A stretch of 64,000 nt of DNA from Carpediemonas membranifera BICM. Lineage: Eukaryota; Protista; Fornicata. Within the stretch, counting starts at the first letter, position 1; each line of letters begins with the position of its first letter. The stretch lies in NCBI GenBank assembly GCA_019828565.1, contig JAHDYR010000004.1:248001-312000 (forward strand). Reading direction: 5' to 3'. Under the pieces are notes generated by a model, which saw only the letters and a list, made by a program, of their open reading frames with translations, had not been told where the DNA came from and ran no database searches. Shown in pieces: positions 9,455-20,400 of this stretch. Made by a program: the position numbers and the translations under genes.

Positions 9455-11647
9455 TCACAACTTGGCCACCGGCATCAGCCGCAGTCGCCCCACCGTTATC
9501 GCCTCCCACACCACTGTCAGTACGATAAGCGTCTGCGTCAACAGCAGTGATGGTGAGAACAGAATACTGACAATTCCAGTGGGTATATCGGGCACCCATA
9601 GTTGCCATGTAAGCATGTAACAGAGCCCCATCAGGACGAGAAGCACGCCGAGGAAGGCGAGGACGACGCCAACGAAGATAACATCTGTCACTAGATGCAG
9701 GGGGAAGCCAGGCGGGCACCGTGCGAGGAGCCCCTTATCCGCTTTCGCCATAGCGAGCAGTTTTAGGTGACGAATATGGGTATGATACGCCTTGTACGCC
9801 GAGATGACGGCCAGCATAGCAGTGGTTGGGATGAACATTACCAGGCCCATGACAAGAGGAATCATGTAAAGGAACGTGTCGAACACGACATGGCCCCTCT
9901 CGAATATGGCGAATGAGAAGACGAGAGCCCAATCTTGACCATTCATCTTCACGATAAAGTTGGGGAGGAAAGCAAAGGCGAGGGCCAGGGCGAATATGAC
10001 GGGGTGGCGCTTCCATTCGGCGTGGAGGTAGGCCGTGCCGTCGCCACTCTTGACTGTTGTGAGGCTGAGATGAATGGGCAGCATCGTCACGAGAATAACG
10101 GCTACGAGCGACGTGAACAGGATCAGGGCCCAGAAGAGGGGCCAGTGCATGAACATCAGTCCAGTGTTGTTGCCCTCAATGACGATGGAGTCCTTCACAG
10201 AGCCCAGGGGAGTCGCTTTGCCGTTCACTGAGAATGCATACGAGCAGGCAGTGTCTGTAGTGCCAGCGGTCACATTGAACTCGACCCAGTGCATCTCATC
10301 GTCGTCGTAGAGGCTAGGGTCCCACTCGGCAGTGAGTAGACTGATCGAACCAGTGCCGGGCAAGGCATACTCATACCCGCTGGGCATCAGCGTGCAGGAT
10401 AAGGCCTTGGGAGAGCCGTCAATGACCACAGTCGCGGTATCGGGGCACGCGCCGCTGTATATGGCCCTGATGTGCGAACTCTGGAGCACGCGATGCACAG
10501 GACTGGCGGTCGACAGCATGTGCCCCTGGGGTGGGTTACTGGGCAGCAGCAGGGGGCCAGTGCCGAGCTGGTCGTGGACAGAGGCAAGGCCATGGTCGAC
10601 GACGACTGCCTGGAACCTTGTGTGTGCAAATGACGTCGTCGAGATCTCTGGAGTGTGATTATCTCCGAATCTACTGTATCCCCGCCTGTGGATATGACCG
10701 CAAAGATGGAGGGCGGTGTTGTTCCGAGACACGATTGACTTGAACGAAGTCTTTGTCAGCGTCTGCACCTGGGTCCATCTAGCGCACTGATGGGCCGCAG
10801 TTATCACTATAGAATCCGTGGGGAAGGCGTCTTGGATCGCCTCGACCTGCGAGTCAATCAAATTTCCGTAAAAGTTGGCTGGGGCGGTCAGACCCGGGTC
10901 CGTCTGGGGCAGGTTCATGAGAAGGAGGGTCAGGTTGTCCAGGGGCATGGGGTAATCGAGCCTGAGGAGGTCACCGCGACGCTCGACCGTCATGGTTACT
11001 GTCTGGGCCCCGCGATCGTCAGAAATCTGCGTCACGTCGGAGAAATGGAGCTTTCCTGTGGGCGTACGGGCGAAGAAGAGGCTCATATCAGATCTGGGCG
11101 ATCCAGAGTTCATGGCGTCGTGGTTACCAATCATATCGATGTATCTGAGTGGATCGTCCCAACCTGTGGCCTCAAGGTCGGTCACGTACATGTCCCACTC
11201 GCCCTCGATCTGTCCGCGGACGAAGGGGAAGTCGATCACAGCGTCTGTGGTATCTCCAGTGTTGATGATGAAGGCGGGTCGCCATTCATCCCTTGCTTTG
11301 GTCAGAAAGGCGTGGTATTTCTCATGTCGGGAGGGCACGTCGACCTTGTAGTGGATGTCAGTGCTCTGGAGGAACCAGACGATGTTCTCGAAGGAATCAT
11401 CCATCACAACTCCGTCGCTGGCGTCCGATTTGAAGGTGAGTTCGTTGTTGTCGGTCCATGCATGGTGGATATCCAGATACCGAACAATCCACGGGAGAGG
11501 AAGGAGGACACAGATAACAATGACGATTGCAATGATCGATCTGATAGGAATAGCCCGAATGATTGACATCGTCCCGTCCTCGCGCTTAGCGTGCCTCTTC
11601 ATCCATAGAAAAAGAAGCGCAGCAGTTCCTAGTATAGAGTTATTCAT
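9455..11647 (-). CDS. TMEM62-like calcineurin-like metallophosphoesterase membrane protein
   Basis: Motifs TDIH, TGD, GNHD, AAH, CGHIH. N-terminal TM, Ig-like region (W.P..Y), C-terminal TM bundle. True start may be the internal ATG (MSIIRAIP). Confidence 0.8.
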   Translation of the reverse strand: MNNSILGTAALLFLWMKRHAKREDGTMSIIRAIPIRSIIAIVIVICVLLPLPWIVRYLDIHHAWTDNNELTFKSDASDGVVMDDSFENIVWFLQSTDIHYKVDVPSRHEKYHAFLTKARDEWRPAFIINTGDTTDAVIDFPFVRGQIEGEWDMYVTDLEATGWDDPLRYIDMIGNHDAMNSGSPRSDMSLFFARTPTGKLHFSDVTQISDDRGAQTVTMTVERRGDLLRLDYPMPLDNLTLLLMNLPQTDPGLTAPANFYGNLIDSQVEAIQDAFPTDSIVITAAHQCARWTQVQTLTKTSFKSIVSRNNTALHLCGHIHRRGYSRFGDNHTPEISTTSFAHTRFQAVVVDHGLASVHDQLGTGPLLLPSNPPQGHMLSTASPVHRVLQSSHIRAIYSGACPDTATVVIDGSPKALSCTLMPSGYEYALPGTGSISLLTAEWDPSLYDDDEMHWVEFNVTAGTTDTACSYAFSVNGKATPLGSVKDSIVIEGNNTGLMFMHWPLFWALILFTSLVAVILVTMLPIHLSLTTVKSGDGTAYLHAEWKRHPVIFALALAFAFLPNFIVKMNGQDWALVFSFAIFERGHVVFDTFLYMIPLVMGLVMFIPTTAMLAVISAYKAYHTHIRHLKLLAMAKADKGLLARCPPGFPLHLVTDVIFVGVVLAFLGVLLVLMGLCYMLTWQLWVPDIPTGIVSILFSPSLLLTQTLIVLTVVWEAITVGRLRLMPVAKL

Positions 11648-12053
11648 GTGTGTGCTGGTTTCTTGGCTCTTAGTAGCTGGACGGCCAATAATTACAGCGG
11701 CCGAGATATTGTGCGGATTAAGCGCCTGTTCTTAATCAAGCTTGGGGGCCATGCGAGCGGGTGAACGGGCCCGCGGTGACTGGTAAAGCCGTGCGGGCAT
11801 GGGGGGTCACTTTTTGATTTCCCGATGTCGTCTGTATCTAGGTTCTAAAAATACTGCTATGATTCCATCCATGTTGGGGCGACAATGACGGATATATAGG
11901 CCCACCGTGCATGCGGCTAATCGCATTGGATGTGTCGTAGGGCCTTCGCGCCTTCGTAGATGTGGGGGCCATGACAAAATGAAAGCATCAATCAACCACA
12001 CGCAGAGAACACGCACCCTTCCCGCCTCCGCCCATCGTTTACTCCATTCACCC

Positions 12054-13508
12054 TCACACCCTCGCAGTCTGTGCAATATTGACGAAGGCCTGCTTCCTTT
12101 CCGTCGACGCCCTATTGTCCGTCCCGGGCTCGACCACGGCGCCAGGGCCGACGATGCAGTTGACCAGACGGCACCCAGCCCCAACCCGCCCGTTCTCACA
12201 GACGATAACTCCGTCCAGAGTGCATCTCGGGCCGACAGACGCCCCGGGCATGATGACGCTAGACTGCACCACAGTGGCGACCGAGTCGTCGAGGTCCATG
12301 ATCGACGCGGCAGGGTCCTCGGGCGCCCACTCGACAGTAGCGGTACCGTCAACGTATGAACTGCGGACGCAGATGAGTTTCAGGTTCTTAGCGGCCTTGA
12401 GGGCCTTATCAATAGCCTTCTCGCGCTTCTTCTTCTCTCTCGGCTTCAAACCCTCAAGATCCTTCATGAGCGCCGCCTTCTCCGGCATCTCGAGCTCTGC
12501 CACCTCGAACAGGGGCAGGGCGTTGACGTGTGGGTTGGGGATCCATGATTTGACAGCTTCAACTCGGTCGGGGTACTCAGAGCCCTTGCGGTTGGGCGGC
12601 ACGTCGAACAAAGCATCTTTGGACGCTCCGTAGTGCTTGATGAGAGCGTTCACAGTCTCAATATAGCTCCATCTCGTCCCGACACGGCCGAGGAACGCAG
12701 CGCCGCAGTGGTCGACCAGATGGACCCGGGGCGACGATGCACCGGGCTTGGACTGCTGGTGGGCGAGATAGGGGAGGAGGTCGTGATCAAAGTTGCCTGA
12801 ACAGTCGTCGTTGGCGATGATATGTTGGAGGGCGGCGACGTTGAGGACAACGGCATGCGGGGGCCGGCGGTAGGCCGTATACGTCACTGTTCCGTGCTTA
12901 GAGGCCACGTACTGCGACACATTGATCTTCTCGGCCTGGTTGAACGACTCGTGCGCGCTGAGCCATACGAGAGGCCTTGTCTGAGAGACGACGTCGACCT
13001 CAGCAGTGCCAGTAACCCACACGTTGGCGTCTTGGTCCTTGTTGTCTGTCTGGGGCGCAGAGGGGTGTAGCGCGCTCATGCACACCATGATGTGTGCGTC
13101 GGCACCGTCCTCGCAGGGGCGGGTCGCAAGGTAGAAGCGACGCATCATCTCGGGAAATGAAAGATCGGTGACCAGGTTCGCGGGGATGATCAGTGTGTCT
13201 GTTGTGAGCAGACCGTCCTTGACGAGGCTCGCGATGGCCTCCACGGGCGATTCCTCCTGCTGAGGAGAGCGAACGGTGATCTCCATCTCGTTCTCATCCA
13301 TGCTTCCGACCTTGTCCTGGATAGTGTCGCTGTATATCTCGGGGCAAAGCACCACAATGCTCTTGAACTGAGATCTGATGAGGGAATCGAGGCCGTGCGC
13401 CAGCAACGTCTTCCCGAGAACTGTAACGAAAGGAAGATTGCGATCTTGCGTCAGTGGATCAATTGGGCTCTCATAACCAACAATCAGCACAGCATGGGCA
13501 TCAAGCAT
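12054..13508 (-). CDS. Translation initiation factor eIF2B gamma-like subunit
   Basis: N-terminal nucleotidyltransferase-like fold (HAVLIVG...PL......LP...V.GK.LL.H.L) plus C-terminal hexapeptide repeats (SVIMPGASVGPRCTLDGVIVCENGRVGAGCRLVNCIVG). No W2/HEAT tail, so gamma rather than epsilon. Confidence 0.75.
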   Translation of the reverse strand: MLDAHAVLIVGYESPIDPLTQDRNLPFVTVLGKTLLAHGLDSLIRSQFKSIVVLCPEIYSDTIQDKVGSMDENEMEITVRSPQQEESPVEAIASLVKDGLLTTDTLIIPANLVTDLSFPEMMRRFYLATRPCEDGADAHIMVCMSALHPSAPQTDNKDQDANVWVTGTAEVDVVSQTRPLVWLSAHESFNQAEKINVSQYVASKHGTVTYTAYRRPPHAVVLNVAALQHIIANDDCSGNFDHDLLPYLAHQQSKPGASSPRVHLVDHCGAAFLGRVGTRWSYIETVNALIKHYGASKDALFDVPPNRKGSEYPDRVEAVKSWIPNPHVNALPLFEVAELEMPEKAALMKDLEGLKPREKKKREKAIDKALKAAKNLKLICVRSSYVDGTATVEWAPEDPAASIMDLDDSVATVVQSSVIMPGASVGPRCTLDGVIVCENGRVGAGCRLVNCIVGPGAVVEPGTDNRASTERKQAFVNIAQTARV

Positions 13509-13779
13509 CCTCAGCGTACAGGTTTTGCCAGAAAAGCGCACTGCATAGAAATCGTCGTGATTTTGGCTCAAAAGGCTCCCCAATAGCCCATATCAGCTCA
13601 GTAGGCATCATAGCATCCCAGTTTGAGTCTGTCTTTCCTGTGCATTTTATGGCACAACCTTCGGCATTGGATGTTCAATGCAGCCAGCTCAGCAAATTCC
13701 ACAAGTTCAAACCTTCATTCCCACCTAATGTGCCAGGAAAGGGCGATTTCTATTCTCCTCGAACTCCGAGCAACGCGCA

Positions 13780-15795
13780 ATGAGCCCCGACTTGCCAACC
13801 GAACCTTCACAACAGCCGAGATCCAAAAGATTCTCTCTATTCTCCAGCAATTCATCGATAAGGAGTACAATATCTATGATTTCGAGGACCTGTACATCTG
13901 GTGGGAGCAGCATTGTATTGAAAACGTTCGTCGCCACCCCATTTCTCACACAGGGTCTACCTCCAGCAGATGCGGTCGACAACGACGCCATCACCGAGAT
14001 CAGCACCCACACTGCAGACGAGCTGTATGAATTCATCGACGTTCTCTCGTACACCCACGGGATTGACCTTTGCTCGGCCTTCCCGGACATCGTCGACCAG
14101 GAGGTCTGGCTCCAGTCAGCTAACAACCTCATACGACTGTTAGACTTCGACCAGGCGGGTAACCTATCCCACGACAAGCTTCTCTTCCTTGTCCTAGCCC
14201 TCCTCTCACCCCCGGAGCTACAGGCAGCAACCCCAGCAATCCTGGTCAAGGCCACGTGCGACCTCTGCTCACAGATGCCCTCCAAGGACGGCAGGGTGGC
14301 GCTGTCCGCGTTCAAGGAGTTCTTGGCAGGCCCGCGGTGTGACGTGCCCTTTGATGCGATCGATGCGGCGGTTGAGAGATTGAAGAAGATATTGGAGATC
14401 CTGAAAGTCGACCCGACCGTTGGCGAGACCATGAAAACTATAGAAAATGTGACAACTATTCCGGCACTCTGGCCATCAGCGGTCACGGAGTCTGTTGAGT
14501 CATATCAGGAAGATTTGAACGTAGCACCCGCCTTAATCCACTTCCTTTTGATTCACTCCATTGGAATCCGAATGAGTTCCAGATTCAAGCTCGACGGCTT
14601 CCACAAGGAGCTTGCTGGCGAGATTGTGGAGGCATATCATCTCATGTACCATCTCGAGGTCTCTGATGACCCTGATCGACTCAAGCTGGAGTCTCCATTT
14701 ATTGTGACCCAGCAGTCTCTTGTCCGCTACCAGGACATGATCAACAGGATCATCGGACTGCTGGCGGCGGGCACTGATGGCATGGGGGCCAGTCCGTCGG
14801 TGATACGGCCAGGCAGACCCGTGGGATCTGTCACTATCAACGGGGCAATATTCCACGGGTCGACTGACTCTGAACGTGCAGTTTTAGCCGCTCATTGGGA
14901 AGAGCTCGATCTCGAGGACTTCCTGGTGACCCACGGCCTGGAGCTCGACGTGACCTACCCGACTCCAGACGTGAGAAGTAGGTCCCATGAAAACGACTCA
15001 AGCAACGGCAGCGGGCAAGTGAACGCCACCCTGGTGAGTCGCCTGCAGCAGGCTTACCGGACTGATCCAGTCCCATCAATTGATTCGAGTTCATCGCCCG
15101 GCCGGGTGAAGGAGGATGAGCTGAAAGGCCTGCTCACCGCCATGGCAGCGGCGGGCCCGACCACCGCTAACCCGCAGCTTCGGCCCCCCTCTCGGCAGCG
15201 GTCCAGGGCTGCATCGGTTGCGTCCATCATCTCTGAGCGGCGGGAGCTCCCTGCCATCAAGCCTGTGGCCACTAGGCCGAAGGCTATGGTGCTCGACGAC
15301 GATGACGACGATATTGATTACTTTGAGTTGAATGAGATCAGCAGTCCCGTGCCGCTCGAGAGGGACTTCGTGCCGATGTCTGCGGTCATGCCGATGGGGC
15401 CGGTGCCTTTCGACGTCCGATCGGTTGCTTCGAGCGTGATCAGCGCCAAGCCTTCACCACAAGAGGTTGGGCGGCCGCAGAAGCTTGTGTTGGACGGGAA
15501 GCCGCCCCTCAGGCAGGGTAGGCCGACCCCCACACCGGTATCAAGGCGGACGTCTCAGGCAGACATCGGGGGTGGCCGGGCTCCTAATCGGCCGATGTCT
15601 GCCTCGTCGGTGAGAGACAAGAAGCCCGCGGGGAAAGCGCCACCGTGGGCCAGACCTACAGAGAGCAGCAGCAGACGCCGTGCGGTGACGTCCAAGGAGC
15701 GTCGGGAGAAGGCGCAGGAGAAGGCGGGGGACCATGTGGCCAGCGACTATTCCACGATCCTAAGCAAGACCAGGCTCAAACCGAACCCCTTCTAA
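13780..15795 (+). CDS. Hypothetical protein (possible degenerate EF-hands, Pro/Ser-rich C-terminus)
   Basis: 671-aa ORF with coding-like codon bias. LDFDQAGNLSHDKL is EF-hand-like. Ends in NPF. Confidence 0.6.
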   Translation: MSPDLPTEPSQQPRSKRFSLFSSNSSIRSTISMISRTCTSGGSSIVLKTFVATPFLTQGLPPADAVDNDAITEISTHTADELYEFIDVLSYTHGIDLCSAFPDIVDQEVWLQSANNLIRLLDFDQAGNLSHDKLLFLVLALLSPPELQAATPAILVKATCDLCSQMPSKDGRVALSAFKEFLAGPRCDVPFDAIDAAVERLKKILEILKVDPTVGETMKTIENVTTIPALWPSAVTESVESYQEDLNVAPALIHFLLIHSIGIRMSSRFKLDGFHKELAGEIVEAYHLMYHLEVSDDPDRLKLESPFIVTQQSLVRYQDMINRIIGLLAAGTDGMGASPSVIRPGRPVGSVTINGAIFHGSTDSERAVLAAHWEELDLEDFLVTHGLELDVTYPTPDVRSRSHENDSSNGSGQVNATLVSRLQQAYRTDPVPSIDSSSSPGRVKEDELKGLLTAMAAAGPTTANPQLRPPSRQRSRAASVASIISERRELPAIKPVATRPKAMVLDDDDDDIDYFELNEISSPVPLERDFVPMSAVMPMGPVPFDVRSVASSVISAKPSPQEVGRPQKLVLDGKPPLRQGRPTPTPVSRRTSQADIGGGRAPNRPMSASSVRDKKPAGKAPPWARPTESSSRRRAVTSKERREKAQEKAGDHVASDYSTILSKTRLKPNPF

Positions 15796-15853
15796 GGCAC
15801 GGCTGGGAGTTTTATAGCAGTGGCATTGCCCTTTACTACTAAATGATTCATGG

Positions 15854-16273
15854 TTACAGCTCATCCGTGGGATCGGTGTCCTCGTCGCTGTCAAAGTGCG
15901 TGGACGTGTTCTTCATTCCGAACTCGGTCAGGAGACCGTCCCGGAACTTAGCGCTTAGCTCGCGGTACTCCTCGTCCACCACACGATGCTCCTTGGTCTC
16001 CCGGGTCATGTTGAAGTCGGCGTTCTTGAGAAGCTCTTGAACTTCGAGAGGCAGGTCCTCGCCTCCGCCGTTGTCGATCTCTTCCTTCATGTCCATAACA
16101 ACGTCCATGAGGTCCTTGATCATGCGAAGACTCTTCAGTATGTCGTTTTCCTCGCCCAAGGGCTTGTCTTCGTCAGGAACGTCCTCTTCCGTGGTATTTT
16201 CCTCACAGTGAACGTAGGAGAAGCATGAAAAGAGAATGACTGTCAAAAGAAGTAACGCCAGGAGCTTTCTCAT
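15854..16273 (-). CDS. Small acidic secretory-pathway protein, probable ER lumen resident
   Basis: Signal peptide MRKLLALLLLTVILFSCFSYVHC; C-terminus TDEL is KDEL/HDEL-like. Confidence 0.65.
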   Translation of the reverse strand: MRKLLALLLLTVILFSCFSYVHCEENTTEEDVPDEDKPLGEENDILKSLRMIKDLMDVVMDMKEEIDNGGGEDLPLEVQELLKNADFNMTRETKEHRVVDEEYRELSAKFRDGLLTEFGMKNTSTHFDSDEDTDPTDEL

Positions 16274-16402
16274 GCTTGATGGCTTGTGGTGAATGTGAGA
16301 AACAGATTTGCTCAATCTTCTCGATATCCTCGATCAATCCACCGCCACACCTCATATACCCCCGCTGCCATCGTTTACATGACCATAAATGCCAGCCCCT
16401 GT

Positions 16403-17069
16403 TCAGCAGAGCAGCTTGTTGCACAACTCCACCATACTCATTGCCCGACCAAACGTCGCCCCCGCCTCATTCCCCGTCTGCCCCCCTGTCCCAGCCGAGC
16501 TCTCCCCCGGCGGCCCTCTCGTGGCTGTCCCGAGATTCCTCGCGCATCTTCGCCTGGCCCCACCACGGCGACCGCGTCGTCCTGTCTGCGGTGGTGGGGG
16601 TGTGGAGTCGGGTTGGGGCATGTCAGACGGATGTGTGATCAGTGGCATCAGGCCAGGTCGCTCAGACACAGTCTCGGGCTCGGGCTCGCTGGGCTCGTTT
16701 GTGGATGAGGGTGGAAGTGTGATTGGAACGCTTCCCTCGGCATTTTGCACCTTCGCATACTTTCCTTTCTCGTCCCGTGGCCTTCCTGCGAACTGCAGCC
16801 GCGCCTGCGTTAGTGTTGGACAAGGCACGAACTGGACCTCGACGTAGGATGATGCCGGACGTCCTACGCCTCATGATCGCTTGAAACTGCTTTGGGTTGA
16901 CGTATACCATCACGCTTCCATCTGGATGGACGACCTCGAACACCATCCTGTTTCTCCCGTTGATTGTGCTCCCACCATCGACTTCACGACTCGACCTTTG
17001 CTGCGAGGTGAGTGGTATGAGATGGTCCAGGCCGCCATGGGATGCGGGATCATCCTCTGTCGACCCCAA
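16403..17069 (-). CDS. Divergent NF-YA/HAP2 CCAAT-binding subunit, spliced
   Basis: VYVNPKQFQAIMRRR (NF-YA A1 helix) joins GRPRDEKGKY (RxRxxxGRF motif) after removing a 28-nt intron at 16805-16832 (GTTCGT...ACTAACGCAG). Start uncertain (ATG 16946 or an upstream exon). Confidence 0.7.
16805..16832 (-). other. 28-nt spliceosomal intron
   Basis: GTTCGTGCCTTGTCCAACACTAACGCAG. Removal restores the NF-YA frame. Confidence 0.75.
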
Positions 17070-17402
17070 TGCCCAGTGGGGGAATTGACCAAGACCTGTT
17101 CGACCCGATTCTTCAGTTTTCCTTCTGATGGAGAGTGCCTTCCCTTACGGTCCTGGTCCTGAGTCAGTCTGACGCTCGCCACGTTGCACGAGTGGGCCTT
17201 CAGGATGGCGGTAACGTCCTTCGGTCGCCCCAACGACAATGTCGTTCACTCAGATGGTGGCGTTCTTGCACGGCTTCGTCGGCTCCATCTCCTGGCCATA
17301 TTCGAGGGAACCTGGTTGTCCCGGACGCAGCCCTTGCCCTCAGTGGCCACAAGCTCGATATTTACGTATTACATTTTAGGAAGAGGTCAGCCGCCCCTCG
17401 GT

Positions 17403-20400
17403 GCGTTGGTGCTCAGCATTCGGGGCATATTAGGGCTGAGTGCCACTCTTTCATCTTGACAAGCACGAACTTTTGAGACGTCACGATGTCGGACTGCTCA
17501 AAGTCGCTGACACGAAGACCATCCAAAACTCAGCGAGATGAATCAGTGACGATGCAGAAAGTTCGTTCCACGCCACCCATTTACGCAGCTGGTACGTTCC
17601 CCGCCACTTTGGCGCAGAGATGCAGCCCGCGGCGAGTTCAAGAGCACTAACACAGTGGATCTCAACAATGGTGCGTCCTCCCCGAGAATCTCACGCAGCA
17701 GCGAGTGCAGAGCAGTAGATCACATGATCAGAGACGCCACTACGCGCGTCTTCGCCCCAGAGGACAAGCTCCACCTCAATCCCATCGGATCCTCGCCCCT
17801 CACCGCTACAGACCTCAGCCGCGTCCTCAACCACCTCTCGACGCGGCCCAGAGAGTTCAGCATGAGGCTGACTGAGCCCGACCTCACTGTCACGATGAGG
17901 TATGGCAAGCTGGCCGCCGACAAGCCCGACAGCGCCATCGACGATCTGCTCGCTGCCTGGAATGCGAGGATGGCTGAGTGCATCCAGACGATGAAGGGTC
18001 ACACCGATGAGGTGTTCAGCGTCGCCTTCCTCCCTGACGGCACCATGGTCACTGGAGCACGCGATGGGACGACCAAGCTGTGGGACAAGCGCGGCGCCTG
18101 CAAGACGATGGAGCATGGTGGGACTGTTTGGTGCATCGCCGTCTCCCCGGACGGGTCGACCATCGCCTCGGGCGGTGATGACCACAAGATCAAGCTGTGG
18201 GACCAGACCGGCAGACTCGTCAAGACGCTCGAGGGGCACACCAATAATGTGTGGAGCCTCGCCTTCTCCCGAGACGGCAAGACGCTGGTGTCCGGATCAT
18301 ATGACAACACAGTCAGGACGTGGGACGTCGCCACCGGCGAGTGCAGGACGATGGAAGGGCACTCATTTGGGGTGCTCTCCGTCGCCATCTCCCCCGACGG
18401 CAAGACCATCGTCTCTGGATCATGGGATTATACCATCAAGGTGTGGATCGCTGAGTCGGGCAGACTCGAGCAGACTCTGGCGCGCTACAAGAATTCTGTC
18501 ACCACCGTCGCCATCTCCCCGGACGGCGCCCTGCTGGCCTCTGGGTCTTGCAACCACACCATCAGACTCTGGGACACCAGGACCTGGGAGTGCGTCACCG
18601 TCCTCAGGGGGCATGCGAGTTCTGTCCGCAGTGTCGCCTTCTCGCCCGACGGCAGGACCCTCGCCTCTGGTTCTGATGACAACACCATCAAGTTCTGGAG
18701 CATCGACAGCGGCGAGTGCTTCAAAACGCTCAGAGGTCACACAGATTGGGCGAACAGTGTCGTCTTCTCCCCGGACGGGTCGACCCTGCTCTCTGGGTCA
18801 AAGGACAAGACCGCCAAGCAGTGGTCCCTCGGTCGCTCTCCCGAGCTCACCGCCCTCGACCAGACCCTCGCCCAGCCTGTCCCGGCCGCGGCCATCGTCC
18901 GCCTCGAGGGCACCGTCGCCGACCTCACCCGCGTCCTCGACCACCTCTCGACGCGGCCCAGAGAGTTCAGCATGAGGCTGACTGAGCCCGACCTCACTGT
19001 CACGATGAGGTATGGCAAGCTGGCCGCCGACAAGCCCGACAGCGCCGTCGACGATCTGCTCGCTGCCTGGCATGCGAGAATGGCTGAGTGCATCCAGACG
19101 ATGAAGGGTCACACCGCTGACGTGAACAGCGTCGCCTTCCTCCCTGACGGCACCATGGTCACTGGGTCATGGGATGGGACGACCAAGCTGTGGGACAAGC
19201 GCGGCGCCTGCAAAATGTCGATGAAGCATGGTGAGAACGTTTGGTGCATCGCCGTCTCCCCGAACGGGTCGACTATCGCCTCGGGCGGGAGTGACCGCAA
19301 GATCAAGCTGTGGGACCAGACCGGCAGACTCGTCAAGACGCTCGAGGGGCACACCAATGATGTGAGAAGCCTCGCCTTCTCCCGAGACGGCAAGACGCTG
19401 GTGTCCGGATCCGATGACAAGACAGTCAGGACGTGGGACGTCGCCACCGGCGAGTGCAGGACGATGGAAGGGCACTCAAATTGGGTGCTCTCCGTCGCCG
19501 TCTCCCCCGACGGCAAGACCATCGTCTCTGGATCATGGGATTATACCATCAAGGTGTGGATCGCTGAGTCGGGCAGACTCGAGCAGACTCTGGAGGGCCA
19601 CACGAATTATCTCACCACCGTCGCCATTTCCCCGGACGGTGCTCTGCTGGCCTCTGGGTCTGGCGACCACACCATCAGACTCTGGGACACCAGAACCTGG
19701 GAGTGCGTCGCCATCCTCAGGGGGCACACGCACTTTGTCATCAGCGTCGCCTTCTCGCCCGACGGCAGGACCCTCGTCTCTGGGTCTGGTGACAACACCA
19801 TCAAGCTCTGGAGCATCGGCAGCGGCGAGTGCTTCGCGACGCTCAGGGGTCATGACAATATTGTGCGCTGTGTCGCCTTCTCCCCAGACGGGTCGACCCT
19901 GCTCTCTGGCTCTGACGACAAGACCGCTAAGCAGTGGCATATCAAGCACTCGCCAGAGATCGAGGAGGTCTGCGCCCAACCCACGCTCGGCGCCGACATC
20001 CGCCTGCCGTCCGACGACTCGCCCCTCAACATCCGCGACCTGGCGCGGGTCGTCATCCACATCCTCGCCACGGGCCTGCCCCGCTCCTTCGAGATGAGGC
20101 TGGCCCACCCCGAATACACCGTCTCTCTTGGTCCTACCGGTTTCACGACGAGCCAAGCCGCCGATGTTGAAGCCCTTCTCGAACTACTCAACCGCCACCT
20201 CGTGATGCAGAAACTGTTGGCTGAAACACGTGCTCTCAACGCTGTTGACGAAGCGCTTTACGTGGCCGCGGATCTGAGCGACGCCAAGCGCCTGCTGGCC
20301 GCCGCCGGCCCGCACGCGACGCAGCACGAGGCGCGAGTGCTCGCGCTGAGGACCGACCTCGCCCGCCTCCAGCCCGTGCAGGCGCTCGCCAAGGACCCGA

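Noticed and set aside
17985-19940. Diversity-generating retroelement acting on the WD40 variable codons (many are NNT/NNC, e.g. AAC/TTC/ATC)
   Set aside because: No reverse transcriptase or invariant template repeat in the window. Several variable codons also differ at third positions or non-A bases (CGC/TGG, ACT/AAG). Selection plus recombination is sufficient.
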